64,000 nt of DNA, from assembly GCA_025358305.1 (NCBI GenBank), contig JANYJZ010000018.1, positions 19,403 through 83,402 on the forward strand, in the 5' to 3' direction. The DNA comes from Ignavibacteriota bacterium. Lineage in GTDB: Bacteria > Bacteroidota > Ignavibacteria > UBA10030 > SZUA-254. The notes under the pieces were generated by a model, which saw nothing but the letters and a program-made list of their open reading frames with translations, did not search any database and had not been told where the DNA came from. Position numbers and translations under genes: made by a program. Numbering within the stretch: the first letter of the stretch is position 1; the number at the start of each line of letters is the position of its first letter. Below, one piece after another: positions 19,362 to 32,182 of this stretch.

Positions 19362-21248
19362 ATGCATATGGCAGCAAAGATCGTCGTAACGGCTGTGGGC
19401 ATCGCGCTTGCAGCCGCCTCCACTGGCTACAGCCAGGAGCGGGACAGGACAAAGATCGCCGACAAATACAAATGGAAGCTCAGCGACATCTACTCGAGCG
19501 ACGACGCATGGCGCAAGGAGAAGGTGAAACTCGTCGCGGCGATCGAGACCATGGAACAGTACCGCGGCACGCTCTCACGCTCGGCGCAAGCGCTCCTCGC
19601 GTGCCTCAACGCCTCGACGGAGCTTTCGAAGGAGTACTCCCGCCTCTACGTCTATGCGAGCATGAACTCCGATACCGACACCCGGGACTCGAAGTACCTC
19701 GCCATGGAGCAGGAGATGAGCCAGCTCGGCTCGGACTTCGGCGCGAAGACGGCGTACATCGAGCCGGAGATCCTCGCGATCGACCAGAAGGTGATCGACG
19801 GGTACCTGAAGCAGGAGAAGGGACTGGAGATCTACCGGCACTACCTCGGTGACATCCTCCGCCGCAAGACGCACACCGGAACGTCCGGCGAGGAGAAGAT
19901 CATCGCAGACGCAGGCCTCATGGCGGATGCGCCGAATACGATCTTCGGTATTTTCGCTGACGCGGATTTTCCGTACGCCGACGTGAAGCTCTCCGCCGAC
20001 AGCACGTTGAAGCTCGACAAGCCCGCGTTCAACTTCTACCGCGGAAGCGCGAACCGCGCAGACCGCAAGAAGGTCTTCTCCACCTATTTCTCGCGGCTCA
20101 ACGACTACCGGCGTACGTTCGGCGCAGAACTCAACGCCCAGATCAAGAAAGACATGTTCTACGCCAGGGCCCGACAGTATCCTTCGAGCCTCGAGAGCGC
20201 TCTCGACGCGAACAACATCCCGGCAGCCGTCTACCACAGCCTCGTCGACAACGTCAACAAGAACCTCTCCACGTTCCACCGCTACCTGAAGCTCCGCAAG
20301 CGCATCCTCGGCGTCGATACGCTCCATTATTACGACCTCTACGCGCCGCTCGTCGCAGGCGTCGAACTGAAGTACCCGATCGAGGAGTCGGAAAAGAACA
20401 TCCTTGCCTCCCTCGCCCCCCTCGGGACGCAGTACACGGCGACGATCAAAAAGGCGCTCGACGAGCGCTGGATCGACCTCTATCCCACTGAAGGGAAGCG
20501 CTCTGGTGCGTATTCCAACGGCGGCGCATATGACGTGCACCCGTTTATGCTTCTGAACTATAACGGTAAGTATGACGACATGAGCACACTGGCGCACGAG
20601 CTGGGCCATACGATGCAAAGCTACTTCTCCAACAAGACACAGCCGTACGCGACGGCGAACTACCCCATCTTCGTTGCGGAGGTCGCCTCGACCTTCAACG
20701 AGGCGCTCCTCATCGACCACATGCTCAAGACGATCAAGGACAAGAAGGCTCGGCTCTCCCTCCTCGGGAACTACCTCGAGAACATCAAAGGGACGGTCTT
20801 TCGGCAGACGCAGTTCGCGGAGTTCGAGATGACGATACACGAGATGGCGGAAAAAGGCGAGCCCCTCACGGGCGACCGTCTCAACGAGGTGTACGCGGAG
20901 ATCACGAAGCGGTACTACGGGCACGACCAGGGCGTCTGCATCGTCGACGACGAGATCAAGTCCGAATGGTCGCACGTCCCCCACTTCTACTACAATTTCT
21001 ACCTGTATCAGTACGCGACCTCGTTTACCGCATCGGCCGCGCTGTCCGAGCTCGTGCTCGCCGGGGACAAAAATGCGACGAAGCGCTATCTGGAGTTCCT
21101 CTCCGCCGGCGGATCCGAGTATCCGATCGAGCTGCTGAAAAAGGCGGGCGTGGACATGACGACGTCATTGCCGCTCGAGCTGACGATGAAGAAGATGAAC
21201 CACGTCATGGATGAGATGGAGCAGATCCTGGGGGAAATGAAAAAGTAG
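19362..21248 (+). CDS. pepF: Oligoendopeptidase F (M3B family), secreted/lipoprotein.
   Basis: 628 aa with a signal peptide. HELGHTMQ zinc motif and the downstream E (FNEALLIDH). Confidence 0.85.
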   Translation: MHMAAKIVVTAVGIALAAASTGYSQERDRTKIADKYKWKLSDIYSSDDAWRKEKVKLVAAIETMEQYRGTLSRSAQALLACLNASTELSKEYSRLYVYASMNSDTDTRDSKYLAMEQEMSQLGSDFGAKTAYIEPEILAIDQKVIDGYLKQEKGLEIYRHYLGDILRRKTHTGTSGEEKIIADAGLMADAPNTIFGIFADADFPYADVKLSADSTLKLDKPAFNFYRGSANRADRKKVFSTYFSRLNDYRRTFGAELNAQIKKDMFYARARQYPSSLESALDANNIPAAVYHSLVDNVNKNLSTFHRYLKLRKRILGVDTLHYYDLYAPLVAGVELKYPIEESEKNILASLAPLGTQYTATIKKALDERWIDLYPTEGKRSGAYSNGGAYDVHPFMLLNYNGKYDDMSTLAHELGHTMQSYFSNKTQPYATANYPIFVAEVASTFNEALLIDHMLKTIKDKKARLSLLGNYLENIKGTVFRQTQFAEFEMTIHEMAEKGEPLTGDRLNEVYAEITKRYYGHDQGVCIVDDEIKSEWSHVPHFYYNFYLYQYATSFTASAALSELVLAGDKNATKRYLEFLSAGGSEYPIELLKKAGVDMTTSLPLELTMKKMNHVMDEMEQILGEMKK

Positions 21249-21319
21249 GCGGGAAGTCGTCGATGGGGAGTTCGAAGCGCGCCTATTCGGGCGGTCGGTC
21301 CTCCCCCTACGGCCGTCGA

Positions 21320-21655
21320 TCAGGCGCTCAGGGCGTCCGCAAGCTTGCCGTTGATCGTGAAGACGCGGTCGAGTTGTGAGATCTTCATGAGGTCGAGCAC
21401 TTTCTTGTGCACTGCAACGAGGTGGACCTTGCCGCCGTGCTCCCGCATCGCCCGGTCGGCGATGAGGAGAGCGGAGAGGCCGCTCGAGTCGCAGAACTCG
21501 ACTTGCCCCATGTCCACGATGAGCTTCGTTGCGACCTTCGGCTTGCAGAGGACCAGAAATTCCGCTTTCAGCTCCGGCGTGAGCGTGGAGTCCAACTTGC
21601 GGGACTCGAGCGTCAGGATCGTCGCCTTCCCGTTCTTCGTTACAGAGTATTTCAT
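21320..21655 (-). CDS. STAS-domain anti-sigma-factor antagonist.
   Basis: 111 aa. DMGQVEFCDSSGLSALL is the SpoIIAA-like phosphorylatable serine region. Confidence 0.75.
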   Translation of the reverse strand: MKYSVTKNGKATILTLESRKLDSTLTPELKAEFLVLCKPKVATKLIVDMGQVEFCDSSGLSALLIADRAMREHGGKVHLVAVHKKVLDLMKISQLDRVFTINGKLADALSA

Positions 21656-21673
21656 ACGAGCTCCTTCATACAG

Positions 21674-22216
21674 CTAGAACATTGCGAGGCACGACGCGCA
21701 TTGGTCGTACACGGACTGGGAGGCGCGACGCGCGGCGAGATTGAACCGCACGTTGAAGAACAGGTCTGCATCCGGGCCGTCGTAGAAGTTGACGCGGACT
21801 CCTGCCCTCGACGCTTTGCAAATATACGCAGTATGGAGGACGAAGTCAAGATTGAAGTCCAGGGCGACGTCGTACTGCTTGACGTAGATCCGCTTCAGGA
21901 GCGGCGCGACCGGCAGCGAGAAGCGGTTAACGTCCGGCGGATCGATGCGGATCACCGTGCATCGGGGAAATTCCGTCAGGGCCGTCGCGCGCGTGCTCGT
22001 GTGGATCACGGTGAACTCGAGATGCGAAAGCGAGTCGCGAAACTTCCGCAACGCCTTCCCTGCTTCCGCCGCTTCTTCGTAGCCGATCGGAAGCGTGATG
22101 AGAACGTTCCGGGCGCCGGTGAAGAAGTTCGTCATCTTCTGCGGCGTATCGATGTCGCTCCGGAACTGGAACCGGGCGTACTGCAGCCCGCAATAGGCGT
22201 AGAGGCGTTCAAGCAT
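21674..22216 (-). CDS. Hypothetical protein with weak similarity to the N-terminal half of GT9 (heptosyltransferase-like) glycosyltransferases.
   Basis: 180 aa. NVLITLPIGYEEA...KQYDVALDFNLDFVLHTAYICKASRAGVRVNFY resembles the GT9 N-domain (...DlviDlqg...sallarlagarrriGf). It is only half the length of a full GT9 enzyme. Confidence 0.35.
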   Translation of the reverse strand: MLERLYAYCGLQYARFQFRSDIDTPQKMTNFFTGARNVLITLPIGYEEAAEAGKALRKFRDSLSHLEFTVIHTSTRATALTEFPRCTVIRIDPPDVNRFSLPVAPLLKRIYVKQYDVALDFNLDFVLHTAYICKASRAGVRVNFYDGPDADLFFNVRFNLAARRASQSVYDQCASCLAMF

Positions 22217-22225
22217 GCGCGTCCA

Positions 22226-25148
<2,923 letters not shown>

Positions 25149-25244
25149 GGAACCGCCGCTAGAAAGTGGAGAAAATCATGATGCCCGCGTTTACGCGTGC
25201 AGACGTCAAAAAGGTACCATTCCGTGTTCTGAATTGCAAGACAC

Positions 25245-27497
25245 TCATAACTCGCTTTCGGAGCGCGGGGAGGCATCAAGAATGCTGCGGATCTTCCGGG
25301 AGAAGCTGTCGATCTCATACGGCTTTTGAATGAATCCGTCGATCGCCCGTGCGAACTTGCCGTCGTCCAGCATCGTGGCGCTGTAGCCGCTGCAGACGAG
25401 TATCCGCAATGACGGGAAGAGTTCCTTGATCCGGTCGAACGTCTCCCGCCCTCCCATGCGCGGCATGTTCATGTCGAGGATGACGAGGTCAAACGGCTTG
25501 CCGGTTCCGGAGAGAAGATCCATCGCGTCGCGGCCGTTGCGTGCGATCTCCACGGTGTAGCCGAGGTCCGTCAGGAGGTCGTTGCCGACCTCCCCGATCG
25601 AGATCTCGTCCTCGACGAGAAGGATCCGCTCCTTGCCGCCGACGATCGGCTCCTGCGACTTTTTCACCTCGCGGATCGACCGGATCTCCGTGACTCGGGG
25701 AAAATACATGGTGAACACCGTGCCGCTGTTCAGTTCGCTGCTGACCGCGATGAGCGCCTGGTGGCTCCGCACGACGCCGTAGACGACCGAGAGGCCAAGG
25801 CCAGTCCCTTTGCCCTGCTCCTTCGTCGTGAAGAACGGCTCATAGATCTTGTTAAGGATCTGCGGCGAAATGCCCGTTCCTGAATCCACCACGGAGACCA
25901 GGACGTACTCGCCCGGTCTGCCGTCGGCGAATTGGGCGGCGATCTGATCGGTCATCGTGAACGGTTTGCAGTTGATGACGAGTATACCTCCGTTCGGCAT
26001 GGCATCGCGGGCATTGAGGCAGAGATTGAGGAATGCCTGCTGAAGCTGGCCTTCATCGCCGTTGACGATCGCCGGTTCCTGGGACAGCGTGCACTTGATG
26101 ACGATATTCTTCGAGGTCGTCGCCTCGAAGAGCTTGATCGTCTGGTCGAGGATCGTGTTCACATCGACGAAGTGGACGTGTGGGTTGTTCTTCCGGGCGA
26201 ACGTCAGGAGCTGCCTTGTGATCGCCGCGCCCCGCCGAGACGTCGTCTCGATGAGGTCCACATACTTCATCCAGCGCTCTTCGCCGCTCATCTTTCTCCG
26301 CATGATCGATGCGGAGCCGAGGATCGCGGTGAGGATGTTGTTGAAATCATGCGCGATGCCTCCCGCGAGGTTGCCGATGCTATCGATCTTCTGCACCTGC
26401 AGGAGCTTCTCCTCCATCCGCTTCTTCTCTGTGATATCCCGCATGACGATGCGGGCGAGGGTCGGCCTTCGGTCGGGTCCGTAGACGAGCGAGGCGCTGA
26501 CGCTCACGTCGATAAGGCTGCCGTCGGAGCGCAGGAGCCGCTCCTCGACGCCCCGGAGCTCCTCGCCGAACTCGAAGATCCGCAAGAGGTCCTCACGCAC
26601 GCGGTGGAACTGTGTATCAGGGAAGAGCCTTAAGAGCGGCTTCCCGATGATCTCGGCCTTCGGATACCCGAGGAGAGTGCTTTCGGTTTGGTTGCAGCTG
26701 ATGATGATCCCGTCTTGGTCGACGCTGTGGTACATGTCCGGGGAATGCTCGTAGAGGTCGACATAGAGACCCTCGGACTGCTTGACTTGTTCGAAGAGCG
26801 ACGCGTTGTTGAGGGCGACACTGATCTGGTTGCCGAACGCTTGGATGAGCGCGATCTTCTTTGATGAGAAGTTCTTCGCACCGCGGCCGGCGATGACCAT
26901 CACCCCTGCGAAGATGCCGTTCCGGATGAGGGGAATGGAGGCCAAGATCTCATTCTCGCGGGCGCGGAACGCCTCGTGCGTGTTGGTCTGTACGCGCGGT
27001 TCGGTTGCGCGGAGCATGCCGGGGTCCCAGATCCACTGGAGCGACGGATCGCTCGTGGAGCAGTCCGGCCGGAAAAAGGGGGTGAAGGTGCCGTGCTGGA
27101 AATGGAGGACGAGGCGCTCCCCCTCGACGAGATAGATCCATCCGCTGTCGGCCCGCATGAGTTCCATGACCTTCTCCAGCGCGGAGCGCAGGACGAGGTT
27201 GAGGTCCATGGAGTGGTTGACCGCCTCCGCGATCGTGTTGAGCTCCTGGAGTTCCCGGCGCTGGTCCTCGAGCATCCTCCCGTACTTCAGCGTGAAGTAC
27301 ACGCTGACATACCCGAAGACGCCGACGGTGAGGACGCTGATGAAGTCAAGCCACCCAAGTCGTTCTCCGATGAAGATGTGGGTCGTCACGATCGTCGCCA
27401 TCGCGACGATGACAGCCGTCGAGGCGACCACCTGAGATTGTTCGACAAGCCCCATGGACTTGAAGAACTGTCGGATGCTTTTGATGATGGCTTTCAT
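25245..27497 (-). CDS. Hybrid sensor histidine kinase (TM-GAF-PAS-HisKA-HATPase_c-REC).
   Basis: 750 aa. H-box GGIAHDFNNILTAI, N/G boxes (LNLCLNARDAM, DSGTGI, GTGLGLS), and a C-terminal receiver (ILLVEDE...DLVILDMNMP). Confidence 0.85.
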   Translation of the reverse strand: MKAIIKSIRQFFKSMGLVEQSQVVASTAVIVAMATIVTTHIFIGERLGWLDFISVLTVGVFGYVSVYFTLKYGRMLEDQRRELQELNTIAEAVNHSMDLNLVLRSALEKVMELMRADSGWIYLVEGERLVLHFQHGTFTPFFRPDCSTSDPSLQWIWDPGMLRATEPRVQTNTHEAFRARENEILASIPLIRNGIFAGVMVIAGRGAKNFSSKKIALIQAFGNQISVALNNASLFEQVKQSEGLYVDLYEHSPDMYHSVDQDGIIISCNQTESTLLGYPKAEIIGKPLLRLFPDTQFHRVREDLLRIFEFGEELRGVEERLLRSDGSLIDVSVSASLVYGPDRRPTLARIVMRDITEKKRMEEKLLQVQKIDSIGNLAGGIAHDFNNILTAILGSASIMRRKMSGEERWMKYVDLIETTSRRGAAITRQLLTFARKNNPHVHFVDVNTILDQTIKLFEATTSKNIVIKCTLSQEPAIVNGDEGQLQQAFLNLCLNARDAMPNGGILVINCKPFTMTDQIAAQFADGRPGEYVLVSVVDSGTGISPQILNKIYEPFFTTKEQGKGTGLGLSVVYGVVRSHQALIAVSSELNSGTVFTMYFPRVTEIRSIREVKKSQEPIVGGKERILLVEDEISIGEVGNDLLTDLGYTVEIARNGRDAMDLLSGTGKPFDLVILDMNMPRMGGRETFDRIKELFPSLRILVCSGYSATMLDDGKFARAIDGFIQKPYEIDSFSRKIRSILDASPRSESEL

Positions 27498-27607
27498 ATC
27501 GCGGTGAAAATGTAAGAAGAAACGGCAAGAGTATCAACCGCAATCGGGAATGACGTGACGCGGAGCGCGGGCGTGGGGACAAGCGCAGAGCAAATACCGG
27601 CTGGAAC

Positions 27608-27638
27608 GCACAAGGGGAGGCAAAGCCTCCCCTTGTGC
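27608..27638 (-). terminator. 13-bp perfect hairpin (gcacaaggggagg/cctccccttgtgc, 5-nt loop), 20 nt downstream of tRNA-Pro on the minus strand; probable tRNA transcript terminator or processing hairpin.
   Basis: A perfect inverted repeat read directly from the sequence. The downstream U-tract is weak (GUUCCAGCCGGUAUUUG). Confidence 0.45.
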
Positions 27639-27657
27639 ACCGAGAACGATAAACGAG

Positions 27658-27732
27658 TCGGAACGGCGGGATTCGAACCCGCGACCCCTACCACCCCAAG
27701 GTAGTGCGCTAGCCGGGCTGCGCTACGTTCCG
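27658..27732 (-). tRNA. tRNA-Pro (anticodon GGG).
   Basis: The reverse complement folds as a cloverleaf. Acceptor stem CGGAACG/CGTTCCG with discriminator A. D-arm AGCGCAGCCCGGCTAGCGC. Anticodon stem CTACC/GGTAG with loop TTGGGGT (anticodon GGG). T-arm GGTTCGAATCC. No CCA is encoded. Confidence 0.85.
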
Positions 27733-27768
27733 ATCATGAAGCAAAATGTCGTCTGTTCGCCAGGCCGC

Positions 27769-28179
27769 CTAGGCCAGCCGAACGAGCAGATCTTCCAAGA
27801 ACTTCTTTACTTCGACCATGTCGCTTCGGAGCCGGTTTTCCGTCGGCTTCTGGGTCGACGACGCACTCTGACCGGCGGAGACCGTCTCGGTCGACGAGAT
27901 GAGCTCGAGCTGTTCCCCCGTGTCGGTTTCCGGCATGTATGTCTGGAGGACCTGTTTCGCACCCTCGATCGTATAGCGCTCTTCACGCAAGAGGCGCTTG
28001 ATGTAGAGGATGAGCTTGATATCCCGGTTCGTATAGATCCGGTTCCCCGCCCTGTTCTTGGCCGGTTGGAGCAGCTCGAACTCCGATTCCCAGTACCGGA
28101 GGACGTATTGCTCCAGATCAGTGATCTTGCTGACCTCACTGATCGAATAGTAGAGTTTCTTGATACCGAGCTGTTTCAT
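27769..28179 (-). CDS. MerR-family HTH transcriptional regulator.
   Basis: The start was re-anchored to ATG 28179 (MKQLGIKKLYYSISEVSKITDLEQYVLRYWESEF). This is a MerR-type wing-HTH with a C-terminal coiled coil. Confidence 0.7.
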   Translation of the reverse strand: MKQLGIKKLYYSISEVSKITDLEQYVLRYWESEFELLQPAKNRAGNRIYTNRDIKLILYIKRLLREERYTIEGAKQVLQTYMPETDTGEQLELISSTETVSAGQSASSTQKPTENRLRSDMVEVKKFLEDLLVRLA

Positions 28180-28255
28180 GCGCTTCCCGCGAAGGTGAAT
28201 GGTCGCAGTATTGTGTCCTTGAAAATACGCAATAAAAACGGGAAAGGCAACCTCT

Positions 28256-28645
28256 TCAGGCCGTCGATTCGATGACCGTCGATTCGATGACGGCAAAACC
28301 CACGACAACATTGTCCGAATGGGAGATCGAGACCAGGATACGGCTCCCTTCGAGGAGTTCTCGGACGCGTCCGTGGAGCCGGACCGATGGCTTGCCGCTC
28401 GCATCGTTCTCCACCTCCACGTCCTTCCAACGAAATCCGCCGCTCCAGCCTGTCGCCAGGGCCTTCGAGACCGCCTCCTTGACGGCGAATCGCCCCGCTA
28501 TGTGCTGCGTGGCATTCTTCCGTGCGCGGGAGTACGAAAGCTCCTGCGGCGTGAAGATCTTCTCGAGGAACGTGTCGCCCCACTGGTCGATCGCCCGCTG
28601 GATGCGGGGAAGTTCGACGACATCGACGCCGACGCCCTCGATCAT
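28256..28645 (-). CDS. acpS: Holo-[acyl-carrier-protein] synthase (4'-phosphopantetheinyl transferase).
   Basis: 129 aa. MIEGVGVDVVELPRI...FTPQE...AGRFAVKEA matches the AcpS signature. Confidence 0.85.
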   Translation of the reverse strand: MIEGVGVDVVELPRIQRAIDQWGDTFLEKIFTPQELSYSRARKNATQHIAGRFAVKEAVSKALATGWSGGFRWKDVEVENDASGKPSVRLHGRVRELLEGSRILVSISHSDNVVVGFAVIESTVIESTA

Positions 28646-29337
28646 CGGGGCGCCCCGCGCGAGTTCTCCTTTTCGACGATGGGGAGAAGGTCCTTGATGT
28701 CGGCCACTTCGTAATCCGCGTGCGTCACGACGGTGCCGAACGTGTCGCCGTACCGAGCAAACACGGTCTTCATGCCGATGTTCGCGGCTCCCACCATGTC
28801 GCGCTCCGCCCAGTCGCCAAGCATGAGGGCCTCGGCCGGTGCGACGCCGAGGAGCTCCAGCGCCTTCTTGAACGGACCGGGGTTCGGCTTGCGTTCCCCC
28901 GTGTCGTCAAAGGTCACCACGGCATGGAAGATGTGGTGGAAGTTGAGATAGCAAAGCCGGAGCCAGGCCTCCCGGCCGGGCGCGTCGGAAACAACGGCGA
29001 GGAGCATCCCACGCTTCAAAAGCTCCATGAGGGTCATGTAGACGTGGGGATACGGCACGAGCGCCGCTTCGCGCGCGCGACGGTAGGCGATGATGCCGGC
29101 GGAAAGGATCTTGTAGTTCACCTTGTTGAAGACGTCGTAGAGCAGCTGGTCGAAGACGTTCTGGAATTCAATGCCCCGCTCCTTGTAGATCGCGTCGATC
29201 CGGGTCCGGACCTCGTCGCGCGACAGATTGAGCCCGGCGTCGATCATTGCGTCAATGGCGGCATCCACCGCCTTGCGCTTCATCGCCATGAAGTCGACGA
29301 GCGTGTTGTCGAGGTCGAAGATGACGGCTTTGATCAT
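28642..29337 (-). CDS. HAD-superfamily hydrolase (phosphatase).
   Basis: 231 aa. Motif I is VIFDLDNTL, with motif III and the downstream GD (LMLGDWAERD). It overlaps the acpS start by 4 nt. Confidence 0.8.
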   Translation of the reverse strand: MIKAVIFDLDNTLVDFMAMKRKAVDAAIDAMIDAGLNLSRDEVRTRIDAIYKERGIEFQNVFDQLLYDVFNKVNYKILSAGIIAYRRAREAALVPYPHVYMTLMELLKRGMLLAVVSDAPGREAWLRLCYLNFHHIFHAVVTFDDTGERKPNPGPFKKALELLGVAPAEALMLGDWAERDMVGAANIGMKTVFARYGDTFGTVVTHADYEVADIKDLLPIVEKENSRGAPR

Positions 29338-29343
29338 TGGGCG

Positions 29344-29613
29344 TTATTTCGATTTGGCCGCGCGGGCGGCTTCGTCTTCGATGTACACTCGCAGCTTCGG
29401 CTTAATGAACGCGGTCTCGATGCCGTAGGCGGCCAAGGCTTGGGCGAGCGAGGAGGCCTTCCTGGGGTCGGGAAGCCGCTTGTTCACAACGACGACCTTC
29501 TGTTCTTTGAGAACGCAGTAACCGCTCTCGAAATCCCCCTTCTCATAGCGGAGATTGATGCCGAGCTGGTGGGTGAGTTCTTCGAGTTCTTGTACGATGA
29601 GGAGGTAATTCAT
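29344..29613 (-). CDS. Hypothetical small protein (89 aa).
   Basis: The ORF is compact, with the codon usage of its neighbours, and sits inside the operon. No motif was recognised. Confidence 0.4.
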   Translation of the reverse strand: MNYLLIVQELEELTHQLGINLRYEKGDFESGYCVLKEQKVVVVNKRLPDPRKASSLAQALAAYGIETAFIKPKLRVYIEDEAARAAKSK

Positions 29614-29662
29614 GCGTTTTCGGGGGATAATCGAATCATGCGCTCATGTAAGGATAACACAT

Positions 29663-32182
29663 TCAGTGGAGAGAATCAACTGTGGCGCTGCGATCGACGA
29701 TGATGAGACCGGAGCTGACGGAATCCGCATGCGCCCGCGCGGCGAAGATCTCCCGGCGCAGTCCGACCGCCGCCGCATTTCCAGGCGCCTCGCCGATGGC
29801 CCGTTCATCCTCGTCGAGCGCAACCTCGTAGAGCTCGATGGCGCGGTAGAGCCGCGCCTCGCTCAGATGGAGGGCGCTCCGGGCCGCAGGGTCGCGGACC
29901 CAACAGAGGGAGTCGCTCGAGGCGAGCAGCTGGGAGAACGCCATGACGACCTGGTTCTTGGCATCCATCGCGCTGAGTTGACGGAAGTAATGGCGGGCGT
30001 CGGCGGTATCCCCGTTCTGCAAATTGAAATGGAATCCCCAGAGGAGCCCCCAGAAGTAACTGGAGTCGAGCCGCAGCGACTCGTCGCAGAGGTGCTCCGC
30101 GCGCTTTTTGTATCCCAGGTCCCAGTAGAGCCGGCCGAGGTCGTTCATCTTGATCGCCCGCTCCTGCGTGGGCGGTACTCCTTTGGCCGATAGCGCCACG
30201 TACATCGCGTCCAGATGCACGCGCGCGGTGTAGAGGAGCGATGCCGCCTGGGGCATCGCCATGAGCCGCTCATAGGAGCGTTGCGCCGCGAGGGAATCCC
30301 CTTCCATCGCAAAGGCCGTCACGGACTCGTAGATCGGGTCAGCCTGACCGGGCGCTCGCTCTGCCGCCCGCAGGTAGTACGCGGCCGCGCTCCGGTATTC
30401 CCCAGCGAGAAAGTGCGCCCTTCCCATCCGCAGAAGGCCCGCAGCCCTCAGAGAGTCAGGAATCGGCACGGCGCGCACTGGGGCGGCGGCGCCCGGGTTC
30501 CGAAGGAGCGATGTCACCTTGTACACATGGAGGTTCGCAGCGGCAAAGACGGAATCAAACCGGTAGCGCTCCGATTCCCCCATGAGAAACTCGTAGAGCT
30601 TGTAGTCCTCCCACTGCGTCTCGCTCAGGAGATACGACACGTCGTTATCGCGTATCATCTTCTCGAACAGGGGCAGGGTCAGGCCCGGGTTCGCTTCGAG
30701 CACTTTGCGAGTACCGACCATGATCGCGATCTGTTTCGCCGGGCTCGCAATGACGCTTTGTTCCGGGACGCTGTTGCGGATCCAATCCCCGACGAGGGCC
30801 CAGGGATAGGTGTAGGCGGTCGGATACGACGGCCGCTTGATGAGCTCCTGGTAGAACCCCATCGGCGATCGCCGGTACGACATGTTCGTCCCGATGATCT
30901 CGCCCATCAGCAGGAGATTCGGGAGCATGAGAAGGAGGACGAGCGGAACGAGCACGCGCGGACGGCCGAGCCCTTGCAGCAGCTCGATGTACCCGGACGC
31001 GAAGCGCGCTCCGGCGATGACGTAGTAGATCATCAAGGGGAGGATCGGAAAAAGGAACCGGATATCGTGCACCGGATAGACGAGTACGATGAGAAGGTAG
31101 CCCAGGAAGAGCGTACCTCGGAAGATCGCTCCGGCCCCCTCCTTGCGCTCCGCGGCGATCCCCGCCGCTCCCGCCAGGAGCACTGCCGCGATGACAAGGA
31201 GGCGGAGCGCCGAGGGAAACTGCGCCGGCGACATCGCAAGGTTCACCTGCCCACTGCCGTGGAGCGGGTAGAAGAGCATTCCGCCGAGCTCCCAGGCGTA
31301 CGCGTGGAGACTGAGCCAGACCCGCTGAGCGAGTTCCGATAAGAGGGGCGTCCCCGCCGGCGATACGAAGTGCTGGAAGACAAGGGCGCTGTTCGCCTTC
31401 GTCGAACCCTCAGGGAGGCGGACAAGGACCTGGTTTCGGACGTACCAGAGACCGAGGCAGAGCGCTGCGGCGCACACGAGCACCCCGGCGCGCATGAAGC
31501 GTCGCCGCAGGAGAAAATAGACGAAGATGGCGAGGACGGCGGCCACGCCGATCTCGCGCAACAGTCCGATCGTGCCCGCGAGGGCGACGAGGAGGATCCA
31601 CCGAGGCCCGGGCGCGGGGTCATCGATGACCCGGTCGGCGAGGAGAAGCATGGCGCAGAGACACGCGACAAAGGGCGCCTCCGAGAGAGCCTCCGAAGAG
31701 TAGACCAGGAGGAGAGGGTTGCAGACCAGGAGGAGCGTCCCGGCGAGCGCTGCCGTCTTGCCCATCCTGCTGCGCAACCAGCGGTGAAACAGGTAGAGCG
31801 CGAGCATCCCCCAGAGGATCGTCGCGACCTTGACGGCGGTGAGCGACCGCGGAAAGAAAAGTTCTACCGGAGCGAGTAGGACGGAATAGAACGGAGCATG
31901 TTCGACGAATTGCTGGACCTCCGGCTGCGTATCATCGACGAACCCCTTCCCGGAGGCGAGCGAGTTGCCCCAGATGACGTACCGGATGCTGTCGGGCGAG
32001 TAGAGCGAGAGGTCGTTCAATCGCAAGATCCCGGCGAGCAAGAAGGCCCCGAGAATGAGCGCAATGGCGTACCACGACGATCGGCCACCCGAAGGGATCG
32101 ACACAGGCCCGGTCACGCCTTCACCCGCGGGGTCCGCCGCATGGGACGAAAGACGGCGAACGCGACGCTGGTGTAATAGCAC
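29663..32182 (-). CDS. Polytopic membrane glycosyltransferase-like protein (PMT/ArnT-type GT-C fold) with C-terminal TPR repeats.
   Basis: 839 aa. It has about 12 N-terminal TM helices with loop motifs typical of the dolichyl-phosphate-mannose / ArnT family. The C-terminal roughly 300 aa are TPR-like (AAAYYLRAAERAPGQ..., GRLYWDLGYKKRAEHL...). The annotated 5' end overlaps the upstream ORF by 70 nt, so the true start is probably the GTG near 32113 or further downstream. Confidence 0.55.
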   Translation of the reverse strand: MLLHQRRVRRLSSHAADPAGEGVTGPVSIPSGGRSSWYAIALILGAFLLAGILRLNDLSLYSPDSIRYVIWGNSLASGKGFVDDTQPEVQQFVEHAPFYSVLLAPVELFFPRSLTAVKVATILWGMLALYLFHRWLRSRMGKTAALAGTLLLVCNPLLLVYSSEALSEAPFVACLCAMLLLADRVIDDPAPGPRWILLVALAGTIGLLREIGVAAVLAIFVYFLLRRRFMRAGVLVCAAALCLGLWYVRNQVLVRLPEGSTKANSALVFQHFVSPAGTPLLSELAQRVWLSLHAYAWELGGMLFYPLHGSGQVNLAMSPAQFPSALRLLVIAAVLLAGAAGIAAERKEGAGAIFRGTLFLGYLLIVLVYPVHDIRFLFPILPLMIYYVIAGARFASGYIELLQGLGRPRVLVPLVLLLMLPNLLLMGEIIGTNMSYRRSPMGFYQELIKRPSYPTAYTYPWALVGDWIRNSVPEQSVIASPAKQIAIMVGTRKVLEANPGLTLPLFEKMIRDNDVSYLLSETQWEDYKLYEFLMGESERYRFDSVFAAANLHVYKVTSLLRNPGAAAPVRAVPIPDSLRAAGLLRMGRAHFLAGEYRSAAAYYLRAAERAPGQADPIYESVTAFAMEGDSLAAQRSYERLMAMPQAASLLYTARVHLDAMYVALSAKGVPPTQERAIKMNDLGRLYWDLGYKKRAEHLCDESLRLDSSYFWGLLWGFHFNLQNGDTADARHYFRQLSAMDAKNQVVMAFSQLLASSDSLCWVRDPAARSALHLSEARLYRAIELYEVALDEDERAIGEAPGNAAAVGLRREIFAARAHADSVSSGLIIVDRSATVDSLH

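Noticed and set aside
27498-27768. Possible additional small RNA or integration hotspot around tRNA-Pro.
   Set aside because: Only a single tRNA and a hairpin are present. No partial tRNA duplication and no integrase are nearby.
32113-32182. 70-nt overlap between the 4-TM ORF and the GT-C/TPR ORF, as evidence of a frameshift or fusion.
   Set aside because: It is more simply explained by the ORF caller choosing the most upstream in-frame start. A GTG (VTGPV...) coincides with the upstream stop, so a shorter GT-C start is likely.
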